IMG/VR virus record: IMGVR_UViG_3300046167_000032
Location: 16,375-80,374 of that record
Strand: one strand, 5' to 3'
DNA from: a virus
Length of the DNA stretch: 64,000 nt
The notes under the pieces were generated by a model. The model had not been told where the DNA came from and did not search any database. It worked only from the letters and a program-made list of their open reading frames with translations. A program made the translations under genes and the position numbers. Positions 27,355 through 38,402 of the stretch are shown here, one piece after another (within the stretch, counting starts at the first letter, position 1; every line of letters starts with the position of its first letter).

Positions 27355-27670
27355 CGTGTACCAAACTACCGCATCTGATACTGCTATATATGACGATCAG
27401 TACAAAATCCTATACCCTGCTCTTGGTTTAGCAGGTGAAGCAGGTGAGATTGCAAATAAGGTGAAGAAACTAATACGTGACGGACCAGTTAACAGGCCAC
27501 CAGATTGGCGTGAACAAATATCTGATGAGCTAGGAGATGTTCTATGGTATTGTGCTGCACTAGCTACTGATCTTAATCTGACATTGGGTAAGGTTGCAGG
27601 TGATAACATAAACAAACTTGCTGCACGTAAAGAAGCTGGCACTATAGGTGGTAGCGGAGACAAACGATAG
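27293..27670 (+). CDS. mazG: MazG-like NTP pyrophosphohydrolase
   Basis: GLAGEAGE, KVKK..RD, DELGDVLWY, N..KL..R. Confidence 0.9.
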   Translation: MNLEQEAEQFMKEKYNMVEFNVYQTTASDTAIYDDQYKILYPALGLAGEAGEIANKVKKLIRDGPVNRPPDWREQISDELGDVLWYCAALATDLNLTLGKVAGDNINKLAARKEAGTIGGSGDKR

Positions 27671-27672
27671 AC

Positions 27673-27705
27673 AAAAAAGAAGGGGCTTAATTGCCCCTTT
27701 TTCTT
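27673..27705. terminator. Bidirectional rho-independent terminator between convergent arms
   Basis: AAAAAAGAAGGGGC-TTAATT-GCCCCTTTTTCTT. Confidence 0.9.
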
Positions 27706-27726
27706 ATTCATTGTTTTGATACACTC

Positions 27727-30700
27727 TTACATAGCTTTACCATATCCAATCAACTCTATTAAGTTGTCAATAGCTGTATCAACTTCTTCTTCAGTGCTAC
27801 CTGATATACTAGGTTCATGATTATTACTATCGAAGAACTCACTACTAGCAAATCTACGTTGAGCTTTAGTTAGTTTGGCATACTGTGATCGTAACATTGC
27901 TAACTCACTTGTGTCTTCAGACATATCCATAGATACACTACTCTTTAAGTTATTTATTTCTTTCTGTAGCTTACCTCTTAACGTATTATTTATATATTGA
28001 TCTTCTGTATATTTCTTTTTAAATGGATCGTCACTTGGGCGTTTATTATATTCTTTACGTAAACCTACTTCTAATCCTTTAAAAATATCTACTATACTAG
28101 GTAAAAACTCTTGTAAAATTTTGTTTTCTGCCCTACGTGTACTAGACATACGTGATCTACTACCCAGTTCAAACTCTGTAAATCCTTTATCTGTTAAGTA
28201 TTCTCCATACTCTTCATCCTTAGTAAATTTTGTTATACCAAGTAACAAACTACTCATCAAACCTTTACGTTCTTTATCGGGAGAGAATACAAACTCTCTT
28301 TCAGTTTCATCAAACTCTTCGCTTGGTCTGAATATATTACTAACACCACGTTGCGCAAACCCACGTTTAATTTCACCTAATATAGAAGGAGCTTCATCAG
28401 TAGATTTATCTATATATGTAGAGGGTCTGTAACCAGTAACCCTCTGTGCTTCTACCACCTGAGTTATGGGTATAGCCCACGTAGTCAAGTAATCTGCTAT
28501 CAACCTACCTGCTGCCTTTTGTAACTTTTCTTCGCCAACAAGATCACCACCATCAGAAAGTATATTTGAAATCTCATTTATAAAAACATTTGATGCGCCC
28601 GTTCTAGCCGAAGCACCTAAGAAAGTTTCGGATGCTTCTTTAGCATCAAACCAATCCATAAATGTACCTGTACCCGTATCTTCTTCTTTCCTACCCATAA
28701 GAGAACCAATTTTATTTGCTACCACAACTCTAGGTATATATTTTTGAGCGTCAGGGTCTAATCTTTTAGCTGCTTCTGCCATCCATAAAAATTGTCTCAT
28801 CGGATACTGTGCTGTAACATCTATAACATTACCTTCTTCAGCATTAATCTCTTTATATTCGGCAGGTGCATCTTCTGATGTGCGGTACTGATAGGCGGCA
28901 GTAAAAGCCACAATACCACTAATATTACGTGATATATTCTGTCTATCTTTAGCGTCTAACGGACCTTTCTTAGCACGAGTCACTCGTTGTATTGCTGGCA
29001 TAAACGCACCACCAGAGTACTGTCCCATTAATTCTATTGAGTTAAACATAAACCTTGGGAATGGTGTAGTGAATGCAGTTAAACCATTACGTGTTAAAAA
29101 GTTAGCTGTTTCTCTAAACAAAGGTACGTCAGGCGCTTTTGCATATGTAACATCTAACGCTTTACGTGTACTATCTTCTATCAATTGAGCAAACTGAGGT
29201 GTACCTTTAGGTCTATACTTACTAGAGTTAGACATCAACTCATTCAAGTCACCTTTCTTTAAGACATCCATTAATTCTACACCATAGTCTCTTAACACTA
29301 GGCGTTCAAGCTCACCCATAAATACACCACGGCGAATAACAAACTCCTGTATTCTGTTAGGTACATTTAACATATTGACTACGTCTTCACCTCTACTCAA
29401 TACAAAATCTGTAACACCACCCTTGCCTCTACCTGTAGCAGTTTGATATTCATTTATATTATCAAATAAAGCTGTGAATTGATTACTAAACTCAGGTCTG
29501 TCTAGCAAATAGTCTGTTATTTCTTTAGCCTGTATTGGATTTGCGTACATTCTTTTTAGTGCTCGTGTACTACCCTTCCAATTACTAGGAGATACAAAAG
29601 TTTTAGCACCCGTAGCCATTGCCTTAGCACCTGCTAATACCTTACCACTACCTGTGGTATCAGCAAACTCTTGAGACATTTTGTAAAGTGTTGTATCAAA
29701 GACGTTCTCTAACGCTTCCATAGGAGTTCTTATCATAGCAGATTGAAAGTTACGTGCTGCAGTTTTTATCATAGAAACCATAGTACCACGGCGCATATTC
29801 TCTACTCTACGCCATGCCTTTACTATTTCACTTTGCCCTTTTTCAATCATGCGCTCTTGTGCGTTTGCTATTTCATCTAAAGAACCTGCACGCCTTATTT
29901 GAGACAACTTGTTTAATATCTTACCAGCCTCAGAACCAGAACCTACAACTGTAAGAACATAATCATCAAAAGTTAATCCATATTTAGCCAAAGAGTCTGC
30001 TAAATCCTGACTCTCAACAAGTTTATCATCTACAGTTAATCTAAATAAACTGTCAACAATACTCTCGCCTTTTTTAAACTCATTTGGATTTGCTTTTTTA
30101 AAGTCTGAAGCAACTGCTACAATAGCATCAAATTTTTCTGGTATAAGTAGTGGGCTAACTAAGTCATCAACCTCATCTGCCATACCACTGTATGCCTGTG
30201 CCTCACTTACACCTGTCTCTCTGTACAGGGCATCTTTTTCTCTTTGTTTACGTAGTCTTTCATTCTTAGATATATTATTGCCAGAAATACCAGAGTTTTC
30301 AATCTTTGCATATCTCTCAGCTATAGATGTTTGTAGTTCAACTACATCTTTAGACACTTCTTTACCTGCTACACGAGCCAGATCACCATCTATTACTTTA
30401 TTACCTTCTTTACCAGTAGATATAACTTTACCTGTAGACTCTTCAAACTCTTTTATTAACTGCTGTGATAGAGCCTTATTATCTTCAGCCACTTTCTTGG
30501 CTGCAAGCCTCTTAGCTGCAATAGTTTCTGCATCAGCTTTAAGTATGCTAGTCATTTGTTCACTAACACCACCCTTGAGAAATTTTGTACCCTTACGTAC
30601 TACTGTACCAGTACCTAATGCGGAGGCAACCATTTCAACTGTGTTTATACCTACATACTTAGCGGCCTCACCGTATTCACCACGATCATAGAACAATTTA

Positions 30701-31386
30701 GCTTGCCTAAAATTTTCTGGTACATCCATTAGACCCATAGCCGCACCAAGAAATGGTGTAAACTCTACGCCATTTATAATAGCATTAATGTCTGTAGCTT
30801 TCATGCCTTTGTCTAGCATAGCACTAGCCATACTTGAGCGTATAACATTAGGGCCATTAAGCATATTATTAACGTCACTAACAGCATCTTTAAAGTGTTG
30901 ACCACGTGTCTCGGCTAATGTACTTGTAAGCTCTGTACCTTGTGGCTTAGGCATTGTCAGTGCTGTTTGTGTCCCATACTTCTCATCGTATGCTTTCGCA
31001 TTTGCAAATCGTATATTGTAGTTATCTATCTGTGCTTGTGCGTCTTTCATAGCATCATCTTGATATGCCTGTGCATCACCTAAACCTTGATCAATTTGTG
31101 AGGCTAGACGTGGGTCAAGTTCTGAAACCTCACCATCATCATTTAAAGTTTCCCTAACTACATTCTCAGTACCCACAACAGATGGTGCTTCAAGACCCCC
31201 TATAGTTGGCAGTTTACTTGCACTAGAAAATATACTTTCTTCATCTGTATCTATAGTAACAGCTTCTTCTTCTTCTTCTGGTATTTCCACATTTAGTAGT
31301 TCTTCATTTTCTTCTGAAGAAGTTTCTGCATCACCAATAGTAGGAAGTTCATTTATATTAGAAAATATACTTGTTTCTTCTTCCAT
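27727..31386 (-). CDS. Large internal virion/ejection protein
   Basis: 1219 aa, helical, last gene of virion arm. Confidence 0.6.
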   Translation of the reverse strand: MEEETSIFSNINELPTIGDAETSSEENEELLNVEIPEEEEEAVTIDTDEESIFSSASKLPTIGGLEAPSVVGTENVVRETLNDDGEVSELDPRLASQIDQGLGDAQAYQDDAMKDAQAQIDNYNIRFANAKAYDEKYGTQTALTMPKPQGTELTSTLAETRGQHFKDAVSDVNNMLNGPNVIRSSMASAMLDKGMKATDINAIINGVEFTPFLGAAMGLMDVPENFRQAKLFYDRGEYGEAAKYVGINTVEMVASALGTGTVVRKGTKFLKGGVSEQMTSILKADAETIAAKRLAAKKVAEDNKALSQQLIKEFEESTGKVISTGKEGNKVIDGDLARVAGKEVSKDVVELQTSIAERYAKIENSGISGNNISKNERLRKQREKDALYRETGVSEAQAYSGMADEVDDLVSPLLIPEKFDAIVAVASDFKKANPNEFKKGESIVDSLFRLTVDDKLVESQDLADSLAKYGLTFDDYVLTVVGSGSEAGKILNKLSQIRRAGSLDEIANAQERMIEKGQSEIVKAWRRVENMRRGTMVSMIKTAARNFQSAMIRTPMEALENVFDTTLYKMSQEFADTTGSGKVLAGAKAMATGAKTFVSPSNWKGSTRALKRMYANPIQAKEITDYLLDRPEFSNQFTALFDNINEYQTATGRGKGGVTDFVLSRGEDVVNMLNVPNRIQEFVIRRGVFMGELERLVLRDYGVELMDVLKKGDLNELMSNSSKYRPKGTPQFAQLIEDSTRKALDVTYAKAPDVPLFRETANFLTRNGLTAFTTPFPRFMFNSIELMGQYSGGAFMPAIQRVTRAKKGPLDAKDRQNISRNISGIVAFTAAYQYRTSEDAPAEYKEINAEEGNVIDVTAQYPMRQFLWMAEAAKRLDPDAQKYIPRVVVANKIGSLMGRKEEDTGTGTFMDWFDAKEASETFLGASARTGASNVFINEISNILSDGGDLVGEEKLQKAAGRLIADYLTTWAIPITQVVEAQRVTGYRPSTYIDKSTDEAPSILGEIKRGFAQRGVSNIFRPSEEFDETEREFVFSPDKERKGLMSSLLLGITKFTKDEEYGEYLTDKGFTEFELGSRSRMSSTRRAENKILQEFLPSIVDIFKGLEVGLRKEYNKRPSDDPFKKKYTEDQYINNTLRGKLQKEINNLKSSVSMDMSEDTSELAMLRSQYAKLTKAQRRFASSEFFDSNNHEPSISGSTEEEVDTAIDNLIELIGYGKAM

Positions 31387-31390
31387 TTAA

Positions 31391-32506
31391 TTACTCCGCA
31401 TTAAAAAATTTAGCATCTACATTAGCCGCATTTAGATAACTTGGTATGCCTAAATCTTTGTATGTACTACCAACGTATGTACCTATTAAGTAACCGCCTT
31501 CGGGATTAGCAACTGCATAAACAGAACCTATAGGCAATGCACCACTAGCTGCGGCTTCTTTCATAAGAGTTTCACTCTCAAACATTTTATACGTGTCTTC
31601 ATCTTTTGATAATATTTTACTCTGTGCGTAATTGTCTAAAGTAACCTTAGCATTTTTTGCTATAGCTTTAATTTCACCATATAGAGATTCTTCTTTTGCA
31701 ACAACATCGTTTTGATTTTGTAGCATAATTGCTGTATCTAACTCTGCCATACCTAGCTTATTAGTACCTTTATACTTGCCTACTAATTGTCCCATAGAAC
31801 CCACAGATAAATCTAAAGTATTTCGTGCTATAGTACGTTGATTCTTTATTAACTCTAATCTTTGAGAAGGGCTATAAAACTCTTTTATACCATCTACATC
31901 ATCTGGCTTACGCTTGGCATCCTCTAACTTAGAAGCCTGTGCAAAAAACTGTCTTTCTTTTTCATCTACAATAGCAATTTTATCGGGATCATCACCTGCA
32001 TCAATACGTTCTTGTAATAGTGCTACCTGAAAGGCTGCTATAGTTTTAAACTCTTTCGTTGGTTTTATTGGTGTAAATCTACTAGCAAAACTATCAATAC
32101 CCATTCCTTCTGGAACATCTGCTGTTTTAGATATTTCACCAATACTTGTTGTATTTGCTGTGTCTATACTAGCAATATCATTATTAGGCATAGTATACAT
32201 AGAGGAAGCAGACATACCTTTTTCATCATAAAACTTTCCTTTACTTACAGCATGTGCAACAGCAATTTTACCCCTTGGTACTATGTCTTCTATTTGCTCA
32301 GGTGTAAAATACAAAGATAAACTTTCTACTAAGTTATCTGCTATCTCTTGTTCTTCATCACGTTTGGCTTGTTTAGCTAACCTCTGACGTGTTGCAATCA
32401 TAGCTTCATCGTCTGCTAACTTGTTTATACGATCTCGTTTATCATCTAAATCTTCAGTAAGTTTTTTAGCAAAACCAGCACCAAATGCTTGTAAGTTAAA
32501 TGCCAT
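31391..32506 (-). CDS. Putative internal virion protein
   Basis: AFGAGFAK N-terminus followed by charged helices. Confidence 0.55.
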   Translation of the reverse strand: MAFNLQAFGAGFAKKLTEDLDDKRDRINKLADDEAMIATRQRLAKQAKRDEEQEIADNLVESLSLYFTPEQIEDIVPRGKIAVAHAVSKGKFYDEKGMSASSMYTMPNNDIASIDTANTTSIGEISKTADVPEGMGIDSFASRFTPIKPTKEFKTIAAFQVALLQERIDAGDDPDKIAIVDEKERQFFAQASKLEDAKRKPDDVDGIKEFYSPSQRLELIKNQRTIARNTLDLSVGSMGQLVGKYKGTNKLGMAELDTAIMLQNQNDVVAKEESLYGEIKAIAKNAKVTLDNYAQSKILSKDEDTYKMFESETLMKEAAASGALPIGSVYAVANPEGGYLIGTYVGSTYKDLGIPSYLNAANVDAKFFNAE

Positions 32507-33030
32507 TATACTCTCCTTGCCATAAGACCACTAGGCTGTGGCTCTTCATCAACTGTATCTTCCATAGGCATATCAGATTTTTCATCAACTTTAATATTGT
32601 CTATTGCTTTAGGTAATCTTTCACGCATCTTTTTCATGGCTATTGCAATCTTAGACTCACTAATTTTATCTTCGTCAACAGCTTTTTCAGTACCTAATGT
32701 ATATTCAATACCAGCTTCATCACCTATAAATGCAAGCATCTCAATGATTACAGGCATAGCTAATATACCTACGTCTATTGTATGTAACCCCTGCATCACC
32801 GCCGTTGATTGCATTGAGTCTGCCATAGTTGTTAGTGGTATACCCAGTTCCATACTGTCGAGTAGTGCATCGTAAACATCGTCAGATGTAAGTCTTGGTA
32901 TATAAAACTCAAGTGCTTCTTCTACTGTGTTATACTTTGGTGGGTTCTGCCAAGGTCTACCGCCAACTTCAGCAGTCATGCCTTGTCCGGGAATAGGATA
33001 GTTAAAAGAGGGAGAAGGTTTATCGACCAT
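32506..33030 (-). CDS. Hypothetical virion-region protein
   Basis: PIPGQGMT..RPWQNPP; ends SGLMARRV. Confidence 0.7.
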   Translation of the reverse strand: MVDKPSPSFNYPIPGQGMTAEVGGRPWQNPPKYNTVEEALEFYIPRLTSDDVYDALLDSMELGIPLTTMADSMQSTAVMQGLHTIDVGILAMPVIIEMLAFIGDEAGIEYTLGTEKAVDEDKISESKIAIAMKKMRERLPKAIDNIKVDEKSDMPMEDTVDEEPQPSGLMARRV

Positions 33031-33235
33031 TGGTAAGTTGCTTTCTCTTTTTACGGATAGAGGTTACATAGTCTCGCACTCTATCAATTGGTTCATTTAA
33101 TTTTTCTTTAGGTTCAGCTTCACGTTTACGAGATAGAAGACCCATACCCATAGAAGATTTCTTAGGCATATCTTCAAGTTCTGCATCTGTAATGTTTAAG
33201 TTTGAATATGCTGTAACTGCTGGGTTAATATTCAT
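33020..33235 (-). CDS. Hypothetical protein
   Basis: 71 aa, coupled to neighbours; SD present. Confidence 0.65.
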   Translation of the reverse strand: MNINPAVTAYSNLNITDAELEDMPKKSSMGMGLLSRKREAEPKEKLNEPIDRVRDYVTSIRKKRKQLTNGR

Positions 33236-33247
33236 TATTGTATTCCT

Positions 33248-35674
33248 TTATCCTAAGATTGCACCTATACCCTTACCAAGTAAGGTATCGCCACCGATAG
33301 GTGATGTAAACATTGTAGCTACTAAACCACCCCATGCAGATGCAGAGTTATAGTCAGCTTGTAGTGCCGCAATATCTGCTTTAGCATCTATCTGTAGTTT
33401 AATTGAAGCTAGATCAACAATACGTTGTCTTTCATTTTCAGCACTATTCCATGCCCACTCCATACTATCAGAGTAGTATGACCACAAATCATTGTATGCA
33501 GTATTAGATATGTCAAGTACATTCTGTGCATTGATTTCATTAGCACGATTGATTGCTACAGTATCTGCAGTAGCAACTTGTCTACGCCACTGTGCATTAT
33601 TCTGATCAATAACTAATCTATTTTGTGCATTGAACTGATCACGTTGATTCATCATCTCTGCCGCAAATCTATTCTGTGCGTTCATCTCACCTGCATTAAA
33701 CTGGTTCTGTGCATTAGTTTGTGCAGTATTAAACTGTGATGTTTGTGCGGCTAAGTTAGCAAAGAACTGATCGGTTTGATTTTGACTTGATGCATTAAAC
33801 TGTGCCGCCGCATTAGTTGCCGCTTGATCTGTAAACAAAGACTGTACTTGTTGTTGTGATTTAAACAACTCAGTTTGTTGTATGTTACTCAAGTTAGTTA
33901 AGTCCATTTGCATAAATGCTTGTGCATTCATTACAGCCGCTTGTTGTCGATTACTTAGGTTAGCCATATCTAAGTTAGACAATGCCGCTGCTTCTGCCAT
34001 TACCATAGCTTGTCTATTAGACAGGTTAGCTATATTAACAGTGTTAGCATTACGACTATTCTCCAAAGCAACCTGTTGTTCAGCAGTGAAGTTCATATTA
34101 GCTACGTCACTAATCTTACTGGCATTCATAACACGTGATTGGAATGCCTGATCAAACTCTTGACCCATGAATGTTGCACGTTGCTGTGCCGCAAGCATAG
34201 CACGTTGTTGTCTGTTTGACAAGTTCTGTGTTTCAAAGGATGCTTGTGTCTGTGCATCAGCCATTGCGATAGGTAATGCTGACTCCATAGCGGCCTGTAC
34301 AATGGCTTGACCTGCCATACTACTAGCACCTAAGCCACGTGCCGCCATAGTCGCTGTAGCAGTCCTCATAGCCCCTGCAGCCCATGCTGGTGTAGCTCCA
34401 CCCTCAAAGTTTGTCATTAATGTGTCAAGTTGCCCTGCCACAGTAGCTTTCTGAGATGGTGATGCAGTAGCCGCTTGCACTTCTTCTGTAAATTTAGCTG
34501 CAGTTTCAGCATTTGCTACACCACTTATAAGTTCACCATTTTCAATCTTACGCTGTACTGGGTTCTCCATTAATATGGATGTACCTTGTGCCGCATCTAA
34601 CTCACTTACACTAGTTGCAGTTGCAGTCTTAGCATCTACAATAGCTTGTGGATTAACTGTACCTGTAGCCGCTTGTGTTTGTGCCAGTGCTTTTGCTACT
34701 TCATCTGCCGATGTAGCCGCAGTCATAGTAGCCGCATCTGTAGGTGCAACAGCACCAGCTTGTGCAACAGTAGCTGTAGTTACAGGAGTAGATATATTAC
34801 CTTCAACCTGCCCACTACGAGGATCAATTATCTGATCACTAGTTATCTGCGTACCTACAGGTTGTACTGTAGCACCATAGGCTAGTGATGGATCAATAGC
34901 TCTATTAGCAATTAACTCAGATACAGATTGACCTTCATATGCACCTGTCTGTGGTACACCACCGACTGAAGTACTTGTACTTTGAGTACTGTTTGCGTTT
35001 ATATTTGGCGTAGTATCACTGGGGCCGGGACCTCTTGCAATAGCATCTGCAATAGCCTTAGCTTCAGCAGGTGATTTTACATCACGTTGTGCCTGTCTAC
35101 TGACAGCCTGATCATATGTGTAGTTATATGTCTGTGGGCTTGTATTAATTGTACCCATATTACCTTGCGCATCTATAGGACCTGTACGTGGGTCTAAAGT
35201 TCCTGATTGTTTAGCTAAATAAGCTTCATATGCTTTATCTTGCGCCTTACCAATACTACCAGAACCCATCTGACCAAAGTAAGGGCTATAGTACATATCT
35301 TGAGTACCCATAGTATTACTATTTTTAAAGTCTGTGTACTCTTGTGAATTGAAAAAGTCTTGGTTTATTTCTGGTAATCGAGGGCGGTTTAATATACCAT
35401 CAGTCTTTGAACCTTCACCTGCAAACATGTTAGGTCTAATATTCATTTGAGAACCAGTAGCTGATGTAGTCACACCACCAACAGCATAGCTAGGTTTCTT
35501 TACCATACCACCCTTAGCCATTTCCATAGCTTTGTTTTGATACATATTCATCTTACTCATTTTATCAGGGTTCTGATTTAAGTAATCATTAAAGCCACTC
35601 ATATCACCTTGATAACCTAAGTTACCTGCAATGCGTTGCATAGCCTGTGGTTTAAATCCTTTGAACTGCATCAT
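33248..35674 (-). CDS. Gln/Asn/Ala-rich internal virion (pilot/ejection-like) protein
   Basis: Long Q/N/A-rich helical region (ANLSNRQQ, QFNA repeats); glycine-rich hydrophobic C-terminus. Confidence 0.6.
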   Translation of the reverse strand: MMQFKGFKPQAMQRIAGNLGYQGDMSGFNDYLNQNPDKMSKMNMYQNKAMEMAKGGMVKKPSYAVGGVTTSATGSQMNIRPNMFAGEGSKTDGILNRPRLPEINQDFFNSQEYTDFKNSNTMGTQDMYYSPYFGQMGSGSIGKAQDKAYEAYLAKQSGTLDPRTGPIDAQGNMGTINTSPQTYNYTYDQAVSRQAQRDVKSPAEAKAIADAIARGPGPSDTTPNINANSTQSTSTSVGGVPQTGAYEGQSVSELIANRAIDPSLAYGATVQPVGTQITSDQIIDPRSGQVEGNISTPVTTATVAQAGAVAPTDAATMTAATSADEVAKALAQTQAATGTVNPQAIVDAKTATATSVSELDAAQGTSILMENPVQRKIENGELISGVANAETAAKFTEEVQAATASPSQKATVAGQLDTLMTNFEGGATPAWAAGAMRTATATMAARGLGASSMAGQAIVQAAMESALPIAMADAQTQASFETQNLSNRQQRAMLAAQQRATFMGQEFDQAFQSRVMNASKISDVANMNFTAEQQVALENSRNANTVNIANLSNRQAMVMAEAAALSNLDMANLSNRQQAAVMNAQAFMQMDLTNLSNIQQTELFKSQQQVQSLFTDQAATNAAAQFNASSQNQTDQFFANLAAQTSQFNTAQTNAQNQFNAGEMNAQNRFAAEMMNQRDQFNAQNRLVIDQNNAQWRRQVATADTVAINRANEINAQNVLDISNTAYNDLWSYYSDSMEWAWNSAENERQRIVDLASIKLQIDAKADIAALQADYNSASAWGGLVATMFTSPIGGDTLLGKGIGAILG

Positions 35675-35706
35675 TCTTCTATCTTCCTTATGTTGTCATG
35701 TGACAA

Positions 35707-35735
35707 ATTATACTCTATCTTAATATCTGTGTCAA
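35707..35735 (-). promoter_or_regulatory. Perfect sigma70 promoter TTGACA-N17-TATAAT for ejection-protein genes
   Basis: Exact consensus read on minus strand in intergenic gap. Confidence 0.85.
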
Positions 35736-35743
35736 GCATTAAC

Positions 35744-36244
35744 TTAATCTGCTAGTGGATTATCTAGTGCACGTTGTAATTTAGTTACTAGTCTATCTTC
35801 TAGTTCTTTCATTTCTGAAGACTGTGATGCCCTTACACGTTCTCGTTGATTCTCAAACCTTATTTCAGCATCATCTATCATAGTACGTACCTTGTCTTCA
35901 TTGTCACGTACCATATCCTCAATACGATCTGTCTGTTGTTCTATTCTTAACAGATCATCTTTCAGACCATTCTTAATATCTCTAGTGTACTCTACACTCT
36001 CTTCAACCTTCTCAGATATACCAGACACTTTAGCATCCATTACATCCATTTGTTGTTGATATGCACCTAAGTCTAACCCTGCAACTTCTTCTATCTTTTG
36101 GTATAGAGTGAAGCCACCATACAGACCACCAACTACTGTAGACAAGAAAGCTATTATAGCTAGTACTGAACTTGCTGTTAGTTTTACACCACCAGCTTTT
36201 ACTTCTTTATCTGCTAGGCTTTCAACGTTTGTTAAATCTACCAT
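35744..36244 (-). CDS. Single-TM coiled-coil protein (exported module)
   Basis: TM VLAIIAFLSTVVGGLYGGFTLY then long coiled coil ending ALDNPLAD. Confidence 0.8.
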   Translation of the reverse strand: MVDLTNVESLADKEVKAGGVKLTASSVLAIIAFLSTVVGGLYGGFTLYQKIEEVAGLDLGAYQQQMDVMDAKVSGISEKVEESVEYTRDIKNGLKDDLLRIEQQTDRIEDMVRDNEDKVRTMIDDAEIRFENQRERVRASQSSEMKELEDRLVTKLQRALDNPLAD

Positions 36245-36660
36245 TAGTTCTCAAAGTCCATACCACCTGTCTGTTGCAGGTTCTTTAATGCTTCTAGCTC
36301 ATTACGTAGTTGTTGTATCTCTAGTCTACGTTGAGCTAACTCTACCTGATACAAGTCGTCACAATTAATACGAGACTTAGGTTTATCAAGAGGTATAACA
36401 ACACGAGCATATAATCCTACATCTTTACTTTGGTGTGCAAAACTTGATGGACTAAATGTACCACCTACATTGTTGACTACACCTGTAACACCAAACTCTA
36501 AGTTTACACCACCACCTACAGCATTACTACAGTCTAAGTTACCTGCCCTAAATCTATCTGACTGATAGTTCATTGGTGGGTTAGGTAGTGTTAGAGCTAG
36601 GTTGTTACTCTCAGCTACTGCTGAACTAGCTACGACACATAATGCCAATGCTAATCTCAT
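36244..36660 (-). CDS. Secreted protein with Cys-flanked amphipathic beta-hairpin and coiled coil (exported module)
   Basis: Signal peptide ending AVA; VNLEFGVTG and VGLYARVVIPL strands between LDC and INC. Confidence 0.75.
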   Translation of the reverse strand: MRLALALCVVASSAVAESNNLALTLPNPPMNYQSDRFRAGNLDCSNAVGGGVNLEFGVTGVVNNVGGTFSPSSFAHQSKDVGLYARVVIPLDKPKSRINCDDLYQVELAQRRLEIQQLRNELEALKNLQQTGGMDFEN

Positions 36661-37043
36661 GCAGGTTCACCATCAATACGAGAGCATATCCTAGAGACAA
36701 CCAAAGTTCTTGAGTCTGTCTTTTTTCTTACCTTTGATGTAGTACAAATATATGTAGCTTCATCTAAATCTAACTCACGTATATACACAATAAAATCTTT
36801 ACGTTCTTTATAACCTACTTTAATGATCCTATACTTAGATGAGAATGGTAGGTTTGTAAAGTTTAAATCAAATAAATCTATCTGATAATATTCTACATCT
36901 TCTCGTGAGTTAAACAAAGACATCTCTGCTTTAACTACACCTGCAACATACGTAGGTTTTAACATTGGGTAGGCTGGTGTCATTTCATGTGCAGAAACAA
37001 CAGTAGCCCAACCCATAAACGCTATGATTAGTTTATTTAGCAA
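36657..37043 (-). CDS. Secreted single-domain PapD-chaperone-like protein (probable TTG start)
   Basis: Signal peptide ending VSA; MTP...SLFN...YYQI...PF...IIKVG...FIVYI...YICTTS...SRIC. Confidence 0.55.
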   Translation of the reverse strand: MLNKLIIAFMGWATVVSAHEMTPAYPMLKPTYVAGVVKAEMSLFNSREDVEYYQIDLFDLNFTNLPFSSKYRIIKVGYKERKDFIVYIRELDLDEATYICTTSKVRKKTDSRTLVVSRICSRIDGEPA

Positions 37044-37521
37044 TACAAGTAGCCTGTACAACTGCAGTGTACGTACCTCCCGGCAAAGGTTTAGCTGAAC
37101 CGTAGACTGCACTTGATGCAGTAGAGAACCATGTTGAACCTGCAAGAGTTAGGTTAAAGATAGTGGTACTATCTACTACAACTTTTGCATCATTATAAGC
37201 TGACATTCCTGACACAGAAGTTTTAGTTACACTTGTACTTCCTGTCCATGCAAGTGTATCTGTAAGGTTGGGTGAAGAGCTAAAGGATGTAGGGTGAGTT
37301 ATGTTTGCAGTGTATGAGTCTGCAATAGATACATCAAACCTAATTACAGGTAGTACACCACCATCTGAAGGTGTTGTGCTTAACTTACTGGCAATAGGGT
37401 TGCCGTATACACCAGCTTTATCTGCTTGAATAACACACTTGGCGGCTACGCTTCCTGTAATATCTACAGTAGCAAATGCTGGTAATGCACAAAGTGATAG
37501 TAGTGCTGTTAAATATTTCAT
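37033..37521 (-). CDS. Secreted fimbrial/pilin-like protein (start MKYLTA)
   Basis: Signal peptide ending AFA; mature N-terminus TVDITGSVAAKC; C-terminal GTYTAVVQATC; S/T/G/A-rich beta protein. Confidence 0.6.
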   Translation of the reverse strand: MKYLTALLSLCALPAFATVDITGSVAAKCVIQADKAGVYGNPIASKLSTTPSDGGVLPVIRFDVSIADSYTANITHPTSFSSSPNLTDTLAWTGSTSVTKTSVSGMSAYNDAKVVVDSTTIFNLTLAGSTWFSTASSAVYGSAKPLPGGTYTAVVQATCIAK

Positions 37522-37529
37522 TGTATTCC

Positions 37530-38402
37530 TCATTTGTTATACTGCATGTCTACCATTTTTTCATGTAGTACTTGTTGGGCTAAATTGTTTCGTAAGGCTT
37601 TCTTATTGTCGGGTATAGTTCCATCTTTTAATCCAGCCGCATCGTTTAGTGTACCGCCGTTTATCTTTGCATTATAATACATATTGATATTAGTTTGTTT
37701 GTTTAGGGCTAATATTATATCGCTTTGATTCTGTGCCTTGAATAGTGTAAGAGCATTAGCAGAGGCAGTTAATCCCATCTCTATGCGTGTCTCCTCTTCT
37801 TCCTCTTCTTCATCTAGTATAAGTTTACCATCTTCGTCATACTGAAACTCTTCAGCTTCTAGTGTATCTACAACTGCATCATCTTCTAGTGCATCATAGA
37901 CTATAACCTCTGGTAATACTGGCATAGGCTTTACATAACCTACACAAGATGGGTCAGACTGTGGATCATAGCATTTGTCTAACCTGTAGTTGTATATTAC
38001 AACAGCATCTTTAACAGTTCCTTCACCCTCAACTTCAACAAACCCAGTACCCCATTTAGATGCTGGTATATTTGAAAGAGGGAAAGACTTAACAATAGTA
38101 TTTCCGGGTACGCCAGACCAGTCATCAGTCTCTCTAAATGTATAACCATCTCCACTTGCGTTGTGATTACCTACATGTACCTTCATGTCAGCATCTGGGT
38201 CTTTTACTGTAGTGTACCTATATAGTAATCCATTTATATCTACACCACCGATACTAGGTAAGATAGAGTCCATAGCCCAACTTAATGCATTAGATGCCGC
38301 ATTACCTGTAGCTCCATACGTATATGGTTCAGAGTAGGAGTAAGAAGGCAAGAGTACTAAAGATAACACCCAAGCCAATCTTAGTTTCACTGTTCTCATC
38401 AA
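37530..38402 (-). CDS. Secreted protein: beta domain, CYDPQSDPSC motif, acidic linker (exported module)
   Basis: Hydrophobic N-terminal signal; Cys pair; poly-Glu linker. Confidence 0.75.
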   Translation of the reverse strand: MMRTVKLRLAWVLSLVLLPSYSYSEPYTYGATGNAASNALSWAMDSILPSIGGVDINGLLYRYTTVKDPDADMKVHVGNHNASGDGYTFRETDDWSGVPGNTIVKSFPLSNIPASKWGTGFVEVEGEGTVKDAVVIYNYRLDKCYDPQSDPSCVGYVKPMPVLPEVIVYDALEDDAVVDTLEAEEFQYDEDGKLILDEEEEEEETRIEMGLTASANALTLFKAQNQSDIILALNKQTNINMYYNAKINGGTLNDAAGLKDGTIPDNKKALRNNLAQQVLHEKMVDMQYNK